Assembly: GCA_012295275.1 (NCBI GenBank)
Contig: CM022672.1
Coordinates: 11,346,001-11,410,000, forward strand
Length of the DNA stretch: 64,000 bases
DNA from: Chrysomallon squamiferum
Lineage: Eukaryota; Animalia; Mollusca
Reading direction: 5' to 3'
Shown: positions 13,236-28,123 of the stretch, piece after piece
Position numbering within the stretch: position 1 is the first letter of the stretch
Layout of the letters: every line of letters starts with the position of its first letter
Notes under the pieces: generated by a model
Told to the model about the DNA's origin: nothing
The model's database searches: none
Seen by the model: only the letters and a program-made list of their open reading frames with translations
Made by a program: the position numbers and the translations under genes

Positions 13236-16200
13236 TAATTTGAAAGATTGAACAGACAATATTTTTACAAAGTAATTATAGTTAAGTAAAAAAAAAAGAA
13301 GAAAAAAGTGGCAAAAGAATGTTTTATTTATCTGTATTAATCCACAACATTGAAGATGCCGATTGTGTAAATAACTTCTGTCTTGTGTGAGTGAGTCAAC
13401 ATAAAGAAAATAAATAAATACAGGTTTTCAGACTAAAGCTGTTGACATCTGTTCTGATATTATCCAGTATTGAAAAGACAGTTACTTCAGTTTGGTTACT
13501 TACATGCATAAAACCATTATAAAGAAAACTGCAACTTTAATAGAAGTTTAATAATGTAATGTCAGCATATAATAAACTTGGGTTATTTAATTCTGGCATT
13601 CATTGCATTTTTGAAAGCAAAAGAATAAGCAAGTGGAATATATGGGTTGCAATTAACTTTAGATTGAATGTTTAGCACAAATTTGTTGTTACAAGATTAG
13701 AATTGTCATAAATGCTTTGTGTCATTTAACAACTTGGTTTGTGGGGCCATTAGCTTACTTACTGAACAGTTCACCAGGCCTGAAATTGCTCCTTTTATGT
13801 TTTAAAATGAGTTACAAAGTATTACATGTCAAGTCTCAGTCTGAAGCATTTTTTTTTTTTAAATTTTAAAATGTGTTATAAATTGAAATATGTAGAAGAT
13901 GAAACACGTTGGTTGTTAAATTAAGCATTTTAATAACAGAATGATACAACAAATTTTTATCCATTGCTGTTATTGCCATAAAAAATTAAAATGTATGTTG
14001 TGTTGTTGGAAAAGAGGATTATAATTTTGAAAAGAAAAACTATTTATAAACCTTTGTCAGATTTATTGTCCAGTTTCATGTACTGTCATGAATGAGATGT
14101 ATCATGGACAAAGAGTTGATCGGGGGTTATTTATACTTTATTACATAATAATGTGGGTATCGTTCAGTGTTTTAATTTGACTGGAAGTGTAGCCTTTTTC
14201 TACGCATTACTGGAGTAAAAATGAATTAAGCAGAAACCTGTTAACTGCACAAATTTTCTTTTAACATTTGTAAAAATAATTGTCTTGTGAAATATATACA
14301 ATCTTTTTTGAGTGTATATTGCAGAAATAAAACTGCAGTTCTTTGTATTATTAACATGATTAAAAAGTATATAATTAGTATTTTGCGTTTTAATGTTTTG
14401 AGTTTTTACATGTTATTTGTTGGACTTCAGTCATTAATGGAAATTATTTTAGTTTATAAAAGGAATACAGTACAAGAATACTCATACTTATTATGCATTT
14501 ATTAATCAGTTGTTACAGTTTTCATTTGTTTTAGATGGTAACTTAATGAAAATTAAAAAAAAAAGATCATGTGCACATTTAAAAAAAAAAAAAAAAAAAA
14601 AATCTTGAATGATTAAAACCAAACTATCATATTTAATAAAAATAAAATTTATTTTCAGAACAAATTATTACATCATATACAGGCACCTCAGTCAAAACAT
14701 AAACTGAACATTAATATTGGTAACTTAATAATATGCAACAAAATATTTTGAATTAACAAAGGTCAAAAAAACCCAATGAAGTTTCAAAAAGAACAAATTC
14801 TCATTAAAAATTTTAAATTAATTATTTATGAAAATTTCAGTTACTAGTGTAAAATATTTTCAGTGATTAACTGAACCAAAGTAATCATGTAACTGAAATT
14901 TAAAAAAAGCACAATCCTCTCCCAATTTTATTTTTCCCTTTTGTGTAATATGCCTATTGCCCTAATAGTATCTTCATCTATTTTCCACAATAATATGTAG
15001 GTTTTGGATTTATTAATAACATATATACTAAGAAACAATCTTTGAGACTAATGAATAACTGGAAATTACTGAAATAAACTGGTATTATATTATTTAGAAC
15101 CATTCTTGTATCATAATTATGTGTTATATAATAGCATATTTGATGAAATACAATTTGATAATTAAAAAGTATGATACAACAAAAAATACTACAATCTAAA
15201 TTAGTACCTGAATTCCAAAATGCATAAACTATTTGTTTCTGTAGTTACAATTACAAAGTTATATAAATAATAAGGTCCTTTATTGTTAGTATTATAATTC
15301 TAAACATAATAAAGGAAAACAATTCATGGTATAATATGCAATGAGAACTCAAAATATGCAAGTTCTTATGAGACAAATAAACTTTCAGAATCAGTAACAC
15401 AAATGATGGTGAAATAGCACATTTGATAAATAAACATAAATGATTATGTAAACAAAACAGTGGTTTGTAAGTTTTATGGGAATTTTTTTATTTTTATTTT
15501 TTGGCAAAGATTTTATTATATTATTATTATTATTTTTTTTTTTTTTTTAGTATAGAAATGCTTGTTTTACATTTAATTTTTCCATTAAATTTTAGGCAAT
15601 AAAATGATTTCCATTCCATTTTTGTAATAGAATTTAAACATGTTTTATCTTAAACTAATATATTTTAAGCAGAAAAACATGAGCACCAATGGTCAGTAAC
15701 AGCCATTTATAAATAAAAATTAAAAAATCCTCTAAACAAATAACCTAAAAGAATTATTAATGTATATCTACAGCATATTAAAAAACATATAATTAGTCAT
15801 CGTCTTATTTTAGCCCTGATAGATTCCTAAATATATAGTGAATCATAAAAAATAATAATGGTGGAAAACAGAAATAAAAAACCTTTTAAAACTTCTAAAC
15901 AGCTGAATAGGCTGCCAGAATTTCTTACAACTGTTACACAGTAAGTATCAGTATCTGTTCTTGTCGGGGCTGTCTTCTAATAATTTTTGTGTTAGTTGTT
16001 AAATTCTAAAATCTTAAACAATAATACTGCAAGCTTTACTTAAACACTTTAATTTAGTACATTTGGTGACTGACAAAAAAGAAACAATAATCATTTACCA
16101 ATATTTGTTTTTAAATTTACTATTTTTCTCCCTTCACAAAATTTATTACTAACATAGTTGTAATTTTCATAATTTCTAAAATAAATTTTTTAATGGATCA

Positions 16201-16392
16201 AAGGATTAATTTTAATTTTTGGGTAAATTGTAAATATAATTTCAAAAATAAATTTTTTGATGCATCAAATTATAAATTATAATTTTGGAAAAATTGTGTT
16301 TTTCATGATGGCAAAAATAAAAAATGTTTAATGCTTCAATATCAGTATTCAAATACATATATGTTAGTAATAGCAGTATTTTTCTTTAACTT

Positions 16393-19300
16393 TCATTGCA
16401 CCTTTGGTAACAAAGACACAGGATCTGTGGGTGAAACAAAATTATTATCAGCAAGACTTTGATCTTGTGTGTGCAAGTCTGCACTGGCTTCATCAAAATT
16501 TTTCAACTTGTATTTTCCAATTTTCAGTCTGCAGCATAACACATCCATCAAAAAACCACAGATTCCTTTAAGCATTCCTGGTAAAAACAAAATAGTAAAT
16601 TATTATTTGCAGTAAGTTTGCTTAAACTTTCTCCTCCCCTTCACATGATGTAAAGACTATATATATATTTATGTATTTATTTATTTTTTAATCATAATAT
16701 TTTGAAATATATTTTTCATAAACCTTCTCTCTCTTACGTGTTTGGTGTTTTCACTAAATAACTTACTTTGTGTTTTTGCCTTGAGATGAGGATAATCACT
16801 TCATTGGTGAAAAATGTTAATTAAGAACAAAACAGTATATATTCCTAATTTACACTTAATATAAACTCTGTAAGTTTCGCTGGAGTCAGAATCCTTCAAA
16901 ATAGCTTTAAAAAAAAGATGCATCAACAAAAACAACTTTAACATGTATGAACATTTGAAACAACTGAGAGGTTATGGAAAAACACATCAATTGTCCCAGA
17001 TAATATAAGCTTAATGATCAGAACCTTTAAAACACATTCATACCTGAAACTGAGATGATACCTCCTACAATGCCACAAAGTCGTATCAAAAACTGACTCA
17101 GTGGCTGCCTTACTTCTCTGACACGGATTTTTAAAGATGATAAATCATATTTGACAAAAATTCCTGGAATTCCATGGCTGCCTTTAGCATGATTTATTGT
17201 TCGATTCTAAAATACAAAAATTTTAGTCACAATGTGGCAGGTTTTTTGTAACATTTGGCAGCTGTAACAAATATTCCCTTCCCAATACCTCTTCCTTAAA
17301 AATAAACAAATAAAAAAAAACATTGTAAAAAAAAAAATAATAATAATAAATGGAAAACAGAATAAAATATATAAAGAAGTAATAAAAATCCAATTGCAGA
17401 ATGCAGGTTTAGAAATGCAAAAGGTATGAACAATTTTAAATTTAAAATTTGAAAAGAAATGGTGTTATCACTGTACCAAAAACCAATAATGATAACAATT
17501 ATTTACCCTCTCAGTGACCGAAAATTGGTAAGTGTCTTCATTTATGGTGCTTGTCCGTACTTCTGTTGGAACCACTTGCATGAAATACTGATACATAAAA
17601 AAATCTACAAAGGATGAAGAACATTTATTGTGTTAATAATCATCACCTGATAGAATTACATTAAAATAAATACTGATTAATTAAATATATTTAGAGAGTA
17701 TATTATGTTATATATTACGATATTACAGAATTGATGAAAGAGATGTAATATCTGTTTAAGAACTGGTTAATTAAATATATTTAAGGTGTGCTGAAGTACA
17801 TTATAACATTAGATTATTAAGGAACTGACAAAAATATTTCATCACTGCAAAAAGATTTTTATATTGTTGTTAAATTTATTATCCATACGTTTACATAAAA
17901 AAGATGTATTTAGTTGAGGTGATGCGATGTGACATGAACAACATAATTAAAATAGACAAAATATATCTAGTCTTATTCTTACTTTCTTGAGTTACAAATT
18001 CTTCACCATCGAGAGGATAAACAGCACCTGGCACTGCAGTGCCAAAAGAAAAATGATCTATTCTGTGAGAAAAGTTATAATCTGAAAATAAATAAATAAA
18101 TAAATTAAAAACAACAAGAATATGAGAATATAAATTAGAAATTAATTTACTAACGATTAGTTTTAAATTCTCTTTTGTTTTCTTTTCATATGTCAAACAT
18201 TAATCCAGGGAATTTAAAAAACAGGAGAAAAACTGAAATATTAATAAGCATAGCTGTTAAAAAACAGTAAAACAAATCAATATTATTGAGTATTGCTGTG
18301 TATATTAGTGTTTACTTATGTACTTTAGAGGAAACTGTTGGATTAAAGCAATTTCGATGTATTGTTACTATTTAAATTAGAAAACAGAAATAAAATAAAA
18401 ATTAAGAAAATAAAAATACAATTTTACCTTTGTCTGACATCATGATAGCCAGATGAGCATGGCCTCTTGGGATTACTGGTATTGACCTGAATTTACATAC
18501 ATTTAGTCTAACTTTTTTAAAGATGAATTTTACAATACAAGAAATAAATACAAGAAAATACTGACATCCATGTATCCTCATGCATTTTTATATTATTCAT
18601 TTATTGCTCAACTTTATTATGAGGTCTGAATAAAACAATAGCATATAAAATTAATTAGTATTTAAAAAGAAATAATCATACTGATGACTTGCATTATATC
18701 CCTAAATATAAATCCCCACTGAAAAACAAAGGAAAAATGTGCCATGGAATATATGAACAACAGCAAGAATGGCAATATAATCAATATAGTTTCAGCTACA
18801 GAGAACAAAAAATTGCGTTATTAACAATGATAAATTATGGAATAATTTGTAAATATTTTATTTCTGGGATAAATAAGAACAATGCAGACATTGGATGAAT
18901 ATCGATACTTACTTCCCAGCTGTGATGTGAAAATTTCCAGCAACCTTGCTGACCTCAAATGAACCATGCACTCGGCAAGCATCTGGGGGACCCTTTCCTG
19001 GAACTTCTCTAGAAGTAACATAAATTACATGTTCTTAATTTAACCTTCCCTGATTACTGTTTTTTCTGGACCAAAACATGTCATATAACAATAATATTTA
19101 ATTAAATAAAAATAAATTAAAAATAAATAAATATATAAATAAAATAAAAATAATATTTAAAAAATTAAAAACAGAAATATTAAATATGCATATGAAGTTA
19201 ACTTGAAAGAAACTTTAATCCTGTGAATGATATAATTATAAGAACATTTTTTGTTTGCTTTATTGAAATAAATTCAGTTTGAAAATAAGAACCACAGTTT

Positions 19301-19937
19301 ATTAATCTGTTTAAACTAACAACTATTGTTCAAAAATTTAACAGATATTATACAAGATATTTAAGAATGAAATTTTAGAATTTAATATTAGTAAGCAGAT
19401 ATTATCCAGAATCTGCATCTACATATTTTTTCAGTTACTGATTTTGTTCACCCAGTCTATAATAATCTTTTATTAAGACAGTGTATTTTTATGTATTTAA
19501 CTTTATAACTATAAACAAATGCAATTATTAACAACTGTGCAGATTTTTAAAATGTACAATTTTTTAAAATATACTAAACAAACTTGTTCCAAACATTTTA
19601 TAAAACCTGTGAGGCTGCATTTAGATTTGTAGTTAATACCTTTTAGGCAAACCAGATCTAAAATTAGGCTGCTGAGCTCGCCACATAAACTCCTGAATGG
19701 CATGGTATTCATCTGATAAAAACCCATTGACTTCTCTTATGAAATGTTGGTATTCCTTTTGTCTTGGGGACAGTTCAAAATGAGTTGGCTCCTCCTGCAA
19801 TTTGCCATAACTCTGAACATCCTGTCCAGTCTGATCAAGAACATCAGCACCAATTACTGAAACAAATACCAATATCGGTAACACATTATATAAGTGCTGC
19901 AAATCAGTTATTGGAATGTCTCATTACGTAAACTGAA

Positions 19938-19970
<33 letters not shown>

Positions 19971-22442
19971 TACAAAGATTTTATTTTAAAAATATAAAAT
20001 ATAAACCTCAATTCCAGTAGAAACAATATCCACTTTCAAGTAGGCAGCCTCCAAATCCATTGTCCAAATATTTAAGTGTTCTTGACTCATTTCAAAAACA
20101 GTCTAGTTACAGCCATGTATGTGTGCTCATGTGAGTGTGCATGGGTTTTTAAATTGGTATCTACTACATACGTAGATGACTTTCACTGAATTATAAATTT
20201 TCTAATAAAGAAGCAGAATCAAACTCAAAAGTATTTCATAAAACCTTTTAGCTTAAGATTTTTGAAAAGTGAGATTTCTGATTTTAAACAATTTATGCAA
20301 AATATATTACTAAAATGTGTACTCACATGAACATTGCATTGCTACTGTTATATCAATATTGATTTTCACTTTCCTGCAGCAAAAAAACCATCAAAAAACA
20401 ATCAGCAACATAAAAATACAATAAATATAAATAGATATAAAATGATAAATAGTGAAAAAATACATATGGCTAAAAATTATAATAAAATACTCAACAATTC
20501 TTTATGACAATAATAAAATATTTTAAAAAATAAAATAATTATGTTTATTTAAATAAAAAACAGTATGTGTATATAATTTCTTTCCATCTAATTGATCATA
20601 GCTTATTAAATGTAACTTAATTTTAGAATGTATTTGAATCAACAACAGAGACACTGTAACAATGTTTGTAATTAATATTAATGTATTTATACATTACCCA
20701 GTGAAATTTGTGTCTACTTGATAATCAAACTCCAGTTTGCTATCACTGTAGTATTCAAATTCAGCCACAATAAGTATAAATATTAAGAAAAAGGTGAGGA
20801 TGGAAACTGAAAAAAAAAAAAACAATAACAATAATAATAATAAATAAAAAAAAAAAAAATGAATAAAAAAAAAAAAAAAATTTTTTTTTTTAAAACTTTA
20901 AGTAAATAAAATAAAATAAAATAATAATAATAATAATAATACAAAAATATATATTTATAATTATACAGGATCATTATATAATATTTTAAATTTTTATAAC
21001 TTCTGATCTGTGCATGATAAAACTGATCAGTAAAACGTTAAAAGAAAAGAATTTATTATGTATATGTATTGGCCTATGTGTTTCTTGTTCGGATTCTTAA
21101 TTTTCAACATAACCACTGACATTATGGATAGAAATCATGATATGATTCTGAAATTCTAGAAATACATTTTGTAGCAGATTTTCAGTTATGGCATAATGAT
21201 GGCCATCATTCTGAAAATTAGGAATCTGAACAATAATTATAGATAAAAATTATAAAAAAAATTCCTCTTATAATTTTTACAATCAATTCTATCATGCATA
21301 CATCAGAAGTTTTTATTTAAATTTTAAAATGATTTTATAATGACTGTGGATATATATATAAAATAAAATAAATATTAATTTTAATTTAGTAAAAATATAT
21401 AAAATAATTTAAAATGTTAACAAAACAAATCACTGATTAATTTAATCAAATCAAAATTTAATTTGAAAAAAGTAAGATATATTCCTGGCAGGCAAATGTT
21501 TTCTGACTTTAATTTCACATAATATGCAAAAAGATTAGCACCTAATGAAAGCTGTAGCAAAAACAATGAAAACACACAAAAAAATTATGACCATCTCCAA
21601 ATATTTTCCTATCTTCTTCTGCCAAGCCCATAAAACAAAATTACCTTTTCAATTTTTATAGAACAGCAAAACTTTATTTACATAAGCAGCTTGAATTTTC
21701 ACTAATAATTAGTAGTAATAAGTTAAAATACTGTGATGTGTATATATCATATATATATAAATGTTACTTAGAAGGACTACAAACATTTGATGTTTAACCA
21801 TAATCCTCTGCAATACATAATCTTGGCTAATCCTTGAAGTCTACCCCAAAAAGGTGTTGCAGGTATCAATTAGGGACAATAAAATGTTTGTAATCATGAA
21901 AATAAAAATAAATAAATAAATAAATGAAAAAGAAGAAATAGAAAAGAACAAAACAACATAGTTAAATATGTAAAAAGCATACAATTCATAAAACATTAGC
22001 TTTTGTTTTTTGTCCTGTTGTTATGATGTTTTTAACTGCTTTACAGAAAATTCACTATTCTATGTTATAATCTATAATATAAAATTGCTAACAACTTCTC
22101 TACATTATTATAGAAAAAAAATTTCACTTACACTAAATAATTATTGCTTTAAGAAATTGTTTACTTCAACAATATTTTATTCTTTGCTTAATTGTTAATA
22201 ATTCAGAAAAATTTACATCTACTAAATATAAACAACAATGATAACATAATAATAATAAGAAGAAGAAGAAGAAGAAGAAAATTTAGAATATGTAGGAAAT
22301 AAATTAAAATTTCAAAAAAGTACTTACTACCACCACCAGAAACTGTTGTTTCTTGATAACTTTCTGGAACTTTTGGAAATGCATCGAGTTCTTTCACTAT
22401 CTTCAAAGCCTGCTTTTTATTTGCTGCATTTAATCTCCTCAT
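16393..22442 (-). CDS. ERGIC2: ER-Golgi intermediate compartment protein 2 (Erv41 homolog), ~395 aa
   Basis: Exons 22442-22328, 20806-20698, 20373-20327, 19856-19640, 19008-18913, 18486-18428, 18081-17983, 17604-17507, 17206-17044, 16577-16393 (1188 nt, in frame). Motifs: VKELDAFPKVPESY, INIDITVAMQC, DACRVHGSFEVSKVAGNFHITAGK, YNFSHRIDHFSFG, YQYFMQVVPT, GSHGIPGIFVKYD, RLCGIVGG. Two TM segments. Confidence 0.95.
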
Positions 22443-23327
22443 CTTGTTCTCCGTTTAGGATTTAACGTTTTCCGTTTATATCATTGCACCTCACGCAGGC
22501 ACCTGATGCTGTATGCACGTACAGGTGTGCATTCACTATAGTTTGTAGACTTCTATGTTCTATTGTCTGGCAATGTGACAATCACTGTCAGTGTCAGGCA
22601 TCGATATCACTAATTATATTTATAGATACCACGTCGATTTCATCACATTCTGACAGTTAATGTAAATTAATAAATATTATTTGATATCCAAAAAATATAT
22701 TAAAATCAACTTTTTGTACCATTCATTTTTATAATTTCTAGTTGTGCTTAGATATGCAACACTGATGAGAAAAAGAACGACGCAAACGAAAAGCAAACGT
22801 GGAGGAGAGTACAATTTCGTACCGGAAATATACAAACGGAAATAGTATGCAACATTCCTCCCTATAGGCCTACATGTTGCTTCTGTCAACTGTTTTTTTG
22901 CTTATTGAACATTTTCACCAAAATTATCGTGATTAGAACAAAGTGTATCTGAAAGTTAATTTAAAATGGCAACCCCGCCCCCCCAAAAAAACCCACTGGT
23001 TAATATAGTTAAAAATACAGATATACTATTATTATTATTTTTTTTTTTTGACGCAATAAATATATAAAAAGGATAGTAAATAAGTAAATATTATTTGTGA
23101 AAACTCAGAAATGATGATCAGTGTTGAATTAATCTTCCATTATTTCCCATTCCTGCCATTTCTCCACAGCTGACGTTTATACTGTAAATTTAAGTGCGGT
23201 GGTAAACAATCGTAAAGGTTTTCTGTCAATGGTAAAAATAGTCGGCTTAATCTATCGTTGTTGTATTAGTCATATATTTATTTTATTATTATTATTATTT
23301 GTCAGAGTTACAGAACCTGGATATAGT

Positions 23328-23377
<50 letters not shown>

Positions 23378-23619
23378 CCATTTAATTTATTTATTTATGA
23401 TTTTAAACTAAATTAATACTTATTTCTCATCACTGTATTAATTTTCCATATTATAATTAAACCCCCCACCCCAAAAAAAAAAACCCAAAGCCGCCCCGAA
23501 AAAAAAAATAAAAAATAAAAAACTAAATAAAAGAACAAAAATCAAAACAAACCAAAAACACCCCCGCCACAATAATAATAAATTAATTAATTAGCAACAG
23601 CCTATATGTTTGTTTTCTG

Positions 23620-24030
23620 TTTATTATTATTATTATTATTATTTATTGAATAATAAAGTGTAACATTTGTGAATATTTCTGCAACTTTACATCAGAGGCT
23701 GATTTTGATTTTAGTTACTAAATTAATATTTGTATAGTTTAAATTTGTTAATGGTAAAAACAAAATAGAAAATAATATTAAAAACAAGTTACAGATTTTA
23801 AATATTATTTTTAAAATGCATAAAACTTTAGATTATTAAACTTTAGAAAAAAAAAAAAAAAAAAAAAGACCGAATATGCATAAAAAACACACAGGTACTT
23901 AAAACTGTGAAATATCACAGTAATAAATTTTAAGACCACAATATTTCAAGGAATGTGGAGGAACTCAAATATTTGGATGGGACACTCAAACATGGCAGGA
24001 CAGATAGCTGTTCATTATTCCCCACCACTT
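23620..24030 (-). repeat. Dispersed repeat segment; inverted paralog of 51430-52400
   Basis: Four collinear blocks match in reverse complement, e.g. TTGAGTGTCCC..CAAATATTT, TCTTAAAATTTATTACTGTGATATTTC, ATAATCTAAAGTT.TATGCATTTT and TTAACAAATTTAAACTATACAAATATTAATTTAGTAACTAAAAT. Confidence 0.85.
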
Positions 24031-25134
24031 CCCACAGTTCCTTCAAAAGCCAGTCTGTACCGTGAATGCAGCGACAGTGGAAATGAGTTCTGGGGAATGT
24101 TCACCAAAGGTACAGAACAAAAACTGAAAATCAGTAGGTCCAAGCTATGAAATCCCCAATAATAAAGGACTAAATCAATAATAATAAAAATATCAATGAA
24201 TAAAATAACCAAACAATAAAAAAAAAAATAAATAAATAAAAATAAATAAATAAAATAATGCAATAACAAAAAAAAAAAATAAAAAAAATAAAAATTAAAA
24301 ATAAATTAAGATTAAAATTAAAATAAATCAAATTGCAAATAGCCCAAATAATAAGAACATCCATGATAGCATACTAGTCTCTAATATAAACATACAATAT
24401 CAATAAAATGATAATAAACACAGAATTATCTCATTTCACTGGAAAAACACAATGAAACAAAGTTTATTTCATAAGCCTTGTATATAACAAAATTATTATA
24501 ATGCAGACTGAAAGACAAAGCAGAATGTATTTATATCACTATTATTTTCAATAATTATTATCATTCAAAAGAAATAAAATCACTGGTATAAAATAATTTT
24601 ATGTGGACCTCATTTGTTATACTGGTAAAATTCTAAATCACAAGAACACTTTTATTATATACTTATAAAACACATTTACACAGCAAATATCATAATACAC
24701 TTGTAAACAATAATAATAAAATAATATAAAATAATATAAAACAAAATAAAATAAAATAAAATAAAAACTTAAAACTAAATCACAAATTTTAAAAATGATC
24801 TTTTTCTTTTAAATGCATGAAATCTTTTCTTATTTATATTTTGTGATAGACAGGACAATTAAAACAATGGGCTTTAAATAGCTGTCTTTCTCTAATGGAT
24901 AGAAAGAAAAACCCGATCCAAACAGAGAGTTAGACTGATTATGCAATCAACAGTTTCTTGGTTACATATGTTTCACAAGCAATGAACTACAGTCTATTCT
25001 ATACAGGTAAGCAGATAATGAATGATGAAAGAAATACAAAAATATGACATATTTCTATTATGATTCCAGATTAAAGTGATACAGTTTATAATAGATATAT
25101 GCTCACAGAATACATCATCAACAACAACAAGAAC

Positions 25135-25165
<31 letters not shown>

Positions 25166-27309
25166 CAATGATAACAACAATAATAATAAATTCTAAATAT
25201 TTGATTGATTCTATGGGAGTTTTGTGCTAAAATTTTAAGCTCTTTTAGTATTTCCAAAGTAACAATGAACAAAGAACTAATGAATAAAAAAATCTGATTC
25301 AAAAGAAAAATACAATATGAAACACAATTTACTCACATAAAAAAAAAAAAAAAAAATTTTCTTTGGTCAATTAATTCAACTAACTATCTTAAAGTAGATA
25401 ACATCTTTGATAATAATAATAATCATAACAATAATAATAATGATAATAATAATAATTTTTAAAAGTATTTAATAATAAAAACATTTTTGAGATAAAAAAA
25501 ATAAATAAAAAATAAACATACTGAGATGAATATTATTTAACAGACATATTTTTGGCTGAAACATCTCATGAACAATTGAAAAAAAAAAAAAACACACACA
25601 AAAAAAAAAGAACACACACACACAAAACACAATTATCAGACATAATTAAAAAAAAAAAAAAAAAAAATAATAATAATAATAATAGCACAGACAAAATATT
25701 ATATATATTTTACATGTTCAGAAAAAAACTGAATTTTAATGAACACCTCCAATATGCATTATTATTATGACAAACAATCTTTCCCTCCCTATCAACACAA
25801 CTGCTAATAGTTTGGTTTGAAAAACAGCTGGTATGCTTTACACATATGTAACAATATCACATATAATTAATCAGAAGACCTTTGTAAATGTGTTAACTAA
25901 CAAAAATTACAAACTATTTAGACAGTTACTGGATATTAATTGTCTATTTATATTTGAATAAAGCATGTGCTAAATGAATACTATGTTATTTTTGTTAAGA
26001 TCTTCATATACAAAGAATGGTGAAAATATTATAATGAAGAAAAATAATGAAACATATGATGCTAATTTTTTATGCAAAATATCAGAATATATAAAAACAT
26101 TTCTTCATTATGCAAAATAATTTTTTTTTTTTTAAATGATTGCTTTATATACAACACAATTACATGTATCAGAATTTACAAAACATTTCTTCATTATCCA
26201 TACTTCATTATAAGGAGTTGATCATAAATAAAATTAACAAAATTAAAAACAAAATAAGGAACCTCCATAATTATATTTTTATTTTTTAAAATTGTCCTTA
26301 AAAATATGTACAAACATCCTATAGTGACCACCTATTTTATGCAATGATTTATGTTTGATATTTATTCGCTCATATTATTTAGTATAAAATAAACTGACCA
26401 ACAATATGCAGCAACCTTCTTAAGGAACCACCTCAGTTTAAATGTGACACACCTAAAATAATTAATTTTCAAGTGCCAGAATTAAATAAAAACTTCAAGC
26501 ACTTTCATTAAATTAAGATCAGTTTTTGATACTTAAAAATTAAAATCACAATTTGTTGAAATATAATACAGATAACTAAAACAAGAAAATGTTATTATTT
26601 CAAAATATAAACATCTTGTCACCGAGGTTATGGATATTCGAAGAATGTAATAAATATCTGAAAAATATTATTTAAAAAATATTTCATTCTTTTCTCACCA
26701 ACATATTACATAAAATTCAATGGAAATGAAAAACTATTTAAAAAAATTAAAAATTAAAATAAAATTATTATTTCAATATTCTCTGAAGATTTAATATTAC
26801 TAAACTGAACATGTGCATAACTACAAGATATATTATTTAGATCAAAACTATTTTTGCTTAAAGCATGTACTAGAAAATAAATCTGGTTAATCCCTCTAGA
26901 AATTTGACCCATTACTGCTGCTAAATTATTTGTAATAACAGGTCAATTTGGTTTCTGAATTCTGGTGAAAACGAGCACCTGAGAAGTATATAGTAACATG
27001 AAATGCTAATAAAACAATAACAACAAGAACAACAAACAGAACATAAAGAAAACAACAACAACAAAAACATGTAGATATAAAAGAAAATAATAATAATAAT
27101 AAAAAAATGAAAACAATTAAATATTCAGTAAACAAAATCATATTATGCATTAAGAATTTTTTAATTAATTTTACAATTCCAATAATGATTTTTTTTTTTC
27201 AAATAATACTAAATTATTATAAAAAAAACTTTACAAAAATTGTAAATTCATTAAAATCTTTAAAAAAATAGTCCATCATAAAATTTTTTTTTTTTTTTAA
27301 ATTTAACAT

Positions 27310-27555
27310 TTATGTCAGTATCAAAGATAAATGTCATTAGTAAAAACATTAACTATTAAAATAAAATACTAAAATACGTCAAACATTAAAATAGTGACTA
27401 ATATGAAATTTTATGTCAGTACCAAAGATAAATGTCATTAGTAAAAATATTAACTGTTAAAATAAAATATTAAAATACGTCAAATGTTAAAATAGTGACT
27501 GATATGAAATTTTAAAAAACATCAAAATATAAATAGTGACTAGAATGAAATTTTA
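27310..27555. repeat. Tandem duplication, ~101-bp unit x2 plus a partial third copy
   Basis: TTATGTCAGTA.CAAAGATAAATGTCATTAGTAAAAA...AAAATAGTGACT.ATATGAAATT recurs at ~27310 and ~27411. Confidence 0.85.
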
Positions 27556-28123
27556 AAATATTCCCATATTTGTTTTAATTTTATCAATAATAAAAAGTAC
27601 TTAGTTATGTAATTCTTATCTCTTATATTGTAACTCCTCTTAACCTTTTTATTGACCCTACAAACTAAATATATTATACTGGCATTCTGATTTAACATAA
27701 GTACACTGTTCAGTTTGGATAAATTTCAGATATCAGAATATTGACTTTAAAATGATACAGAAGTGTGAAGTATGATTTAACTTAGTTTAAAATGAATCTC
27801 ACATCAACATACCTTGAATTGTGACTACAAAATGATACAAAAACATTTACCCCAAAAATTGAAATATTATTATGAATTGCATATCAGTGTATCTTGAATA
27901 CAGAAAACATGTGATGCAAATGTTTTTAACTTAACATTGTTTGGTCTCAAATTAATTTTAAATAAACACACTTTGATATTAACTTTAAAATGATGCAGAG
28001 GCTTGAATTCTGACATAACTCAAATATTTTTTGGAATTTTTTTATCAATGTATCTTGAATTTTGATTAAAACATTTTTGTTCACTAATAAACTGTTCAGT
28101 CTGTAATTATCAAAGTCTGTGAC

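Noticed and set aside
23111-23173. Possible C/D-box snoRNA (ATGATGA ... CTGA)
   Set aside because: No convincing terminal stem, no recognisable rRNA-antisense element, and not intronic in an identified host gene.
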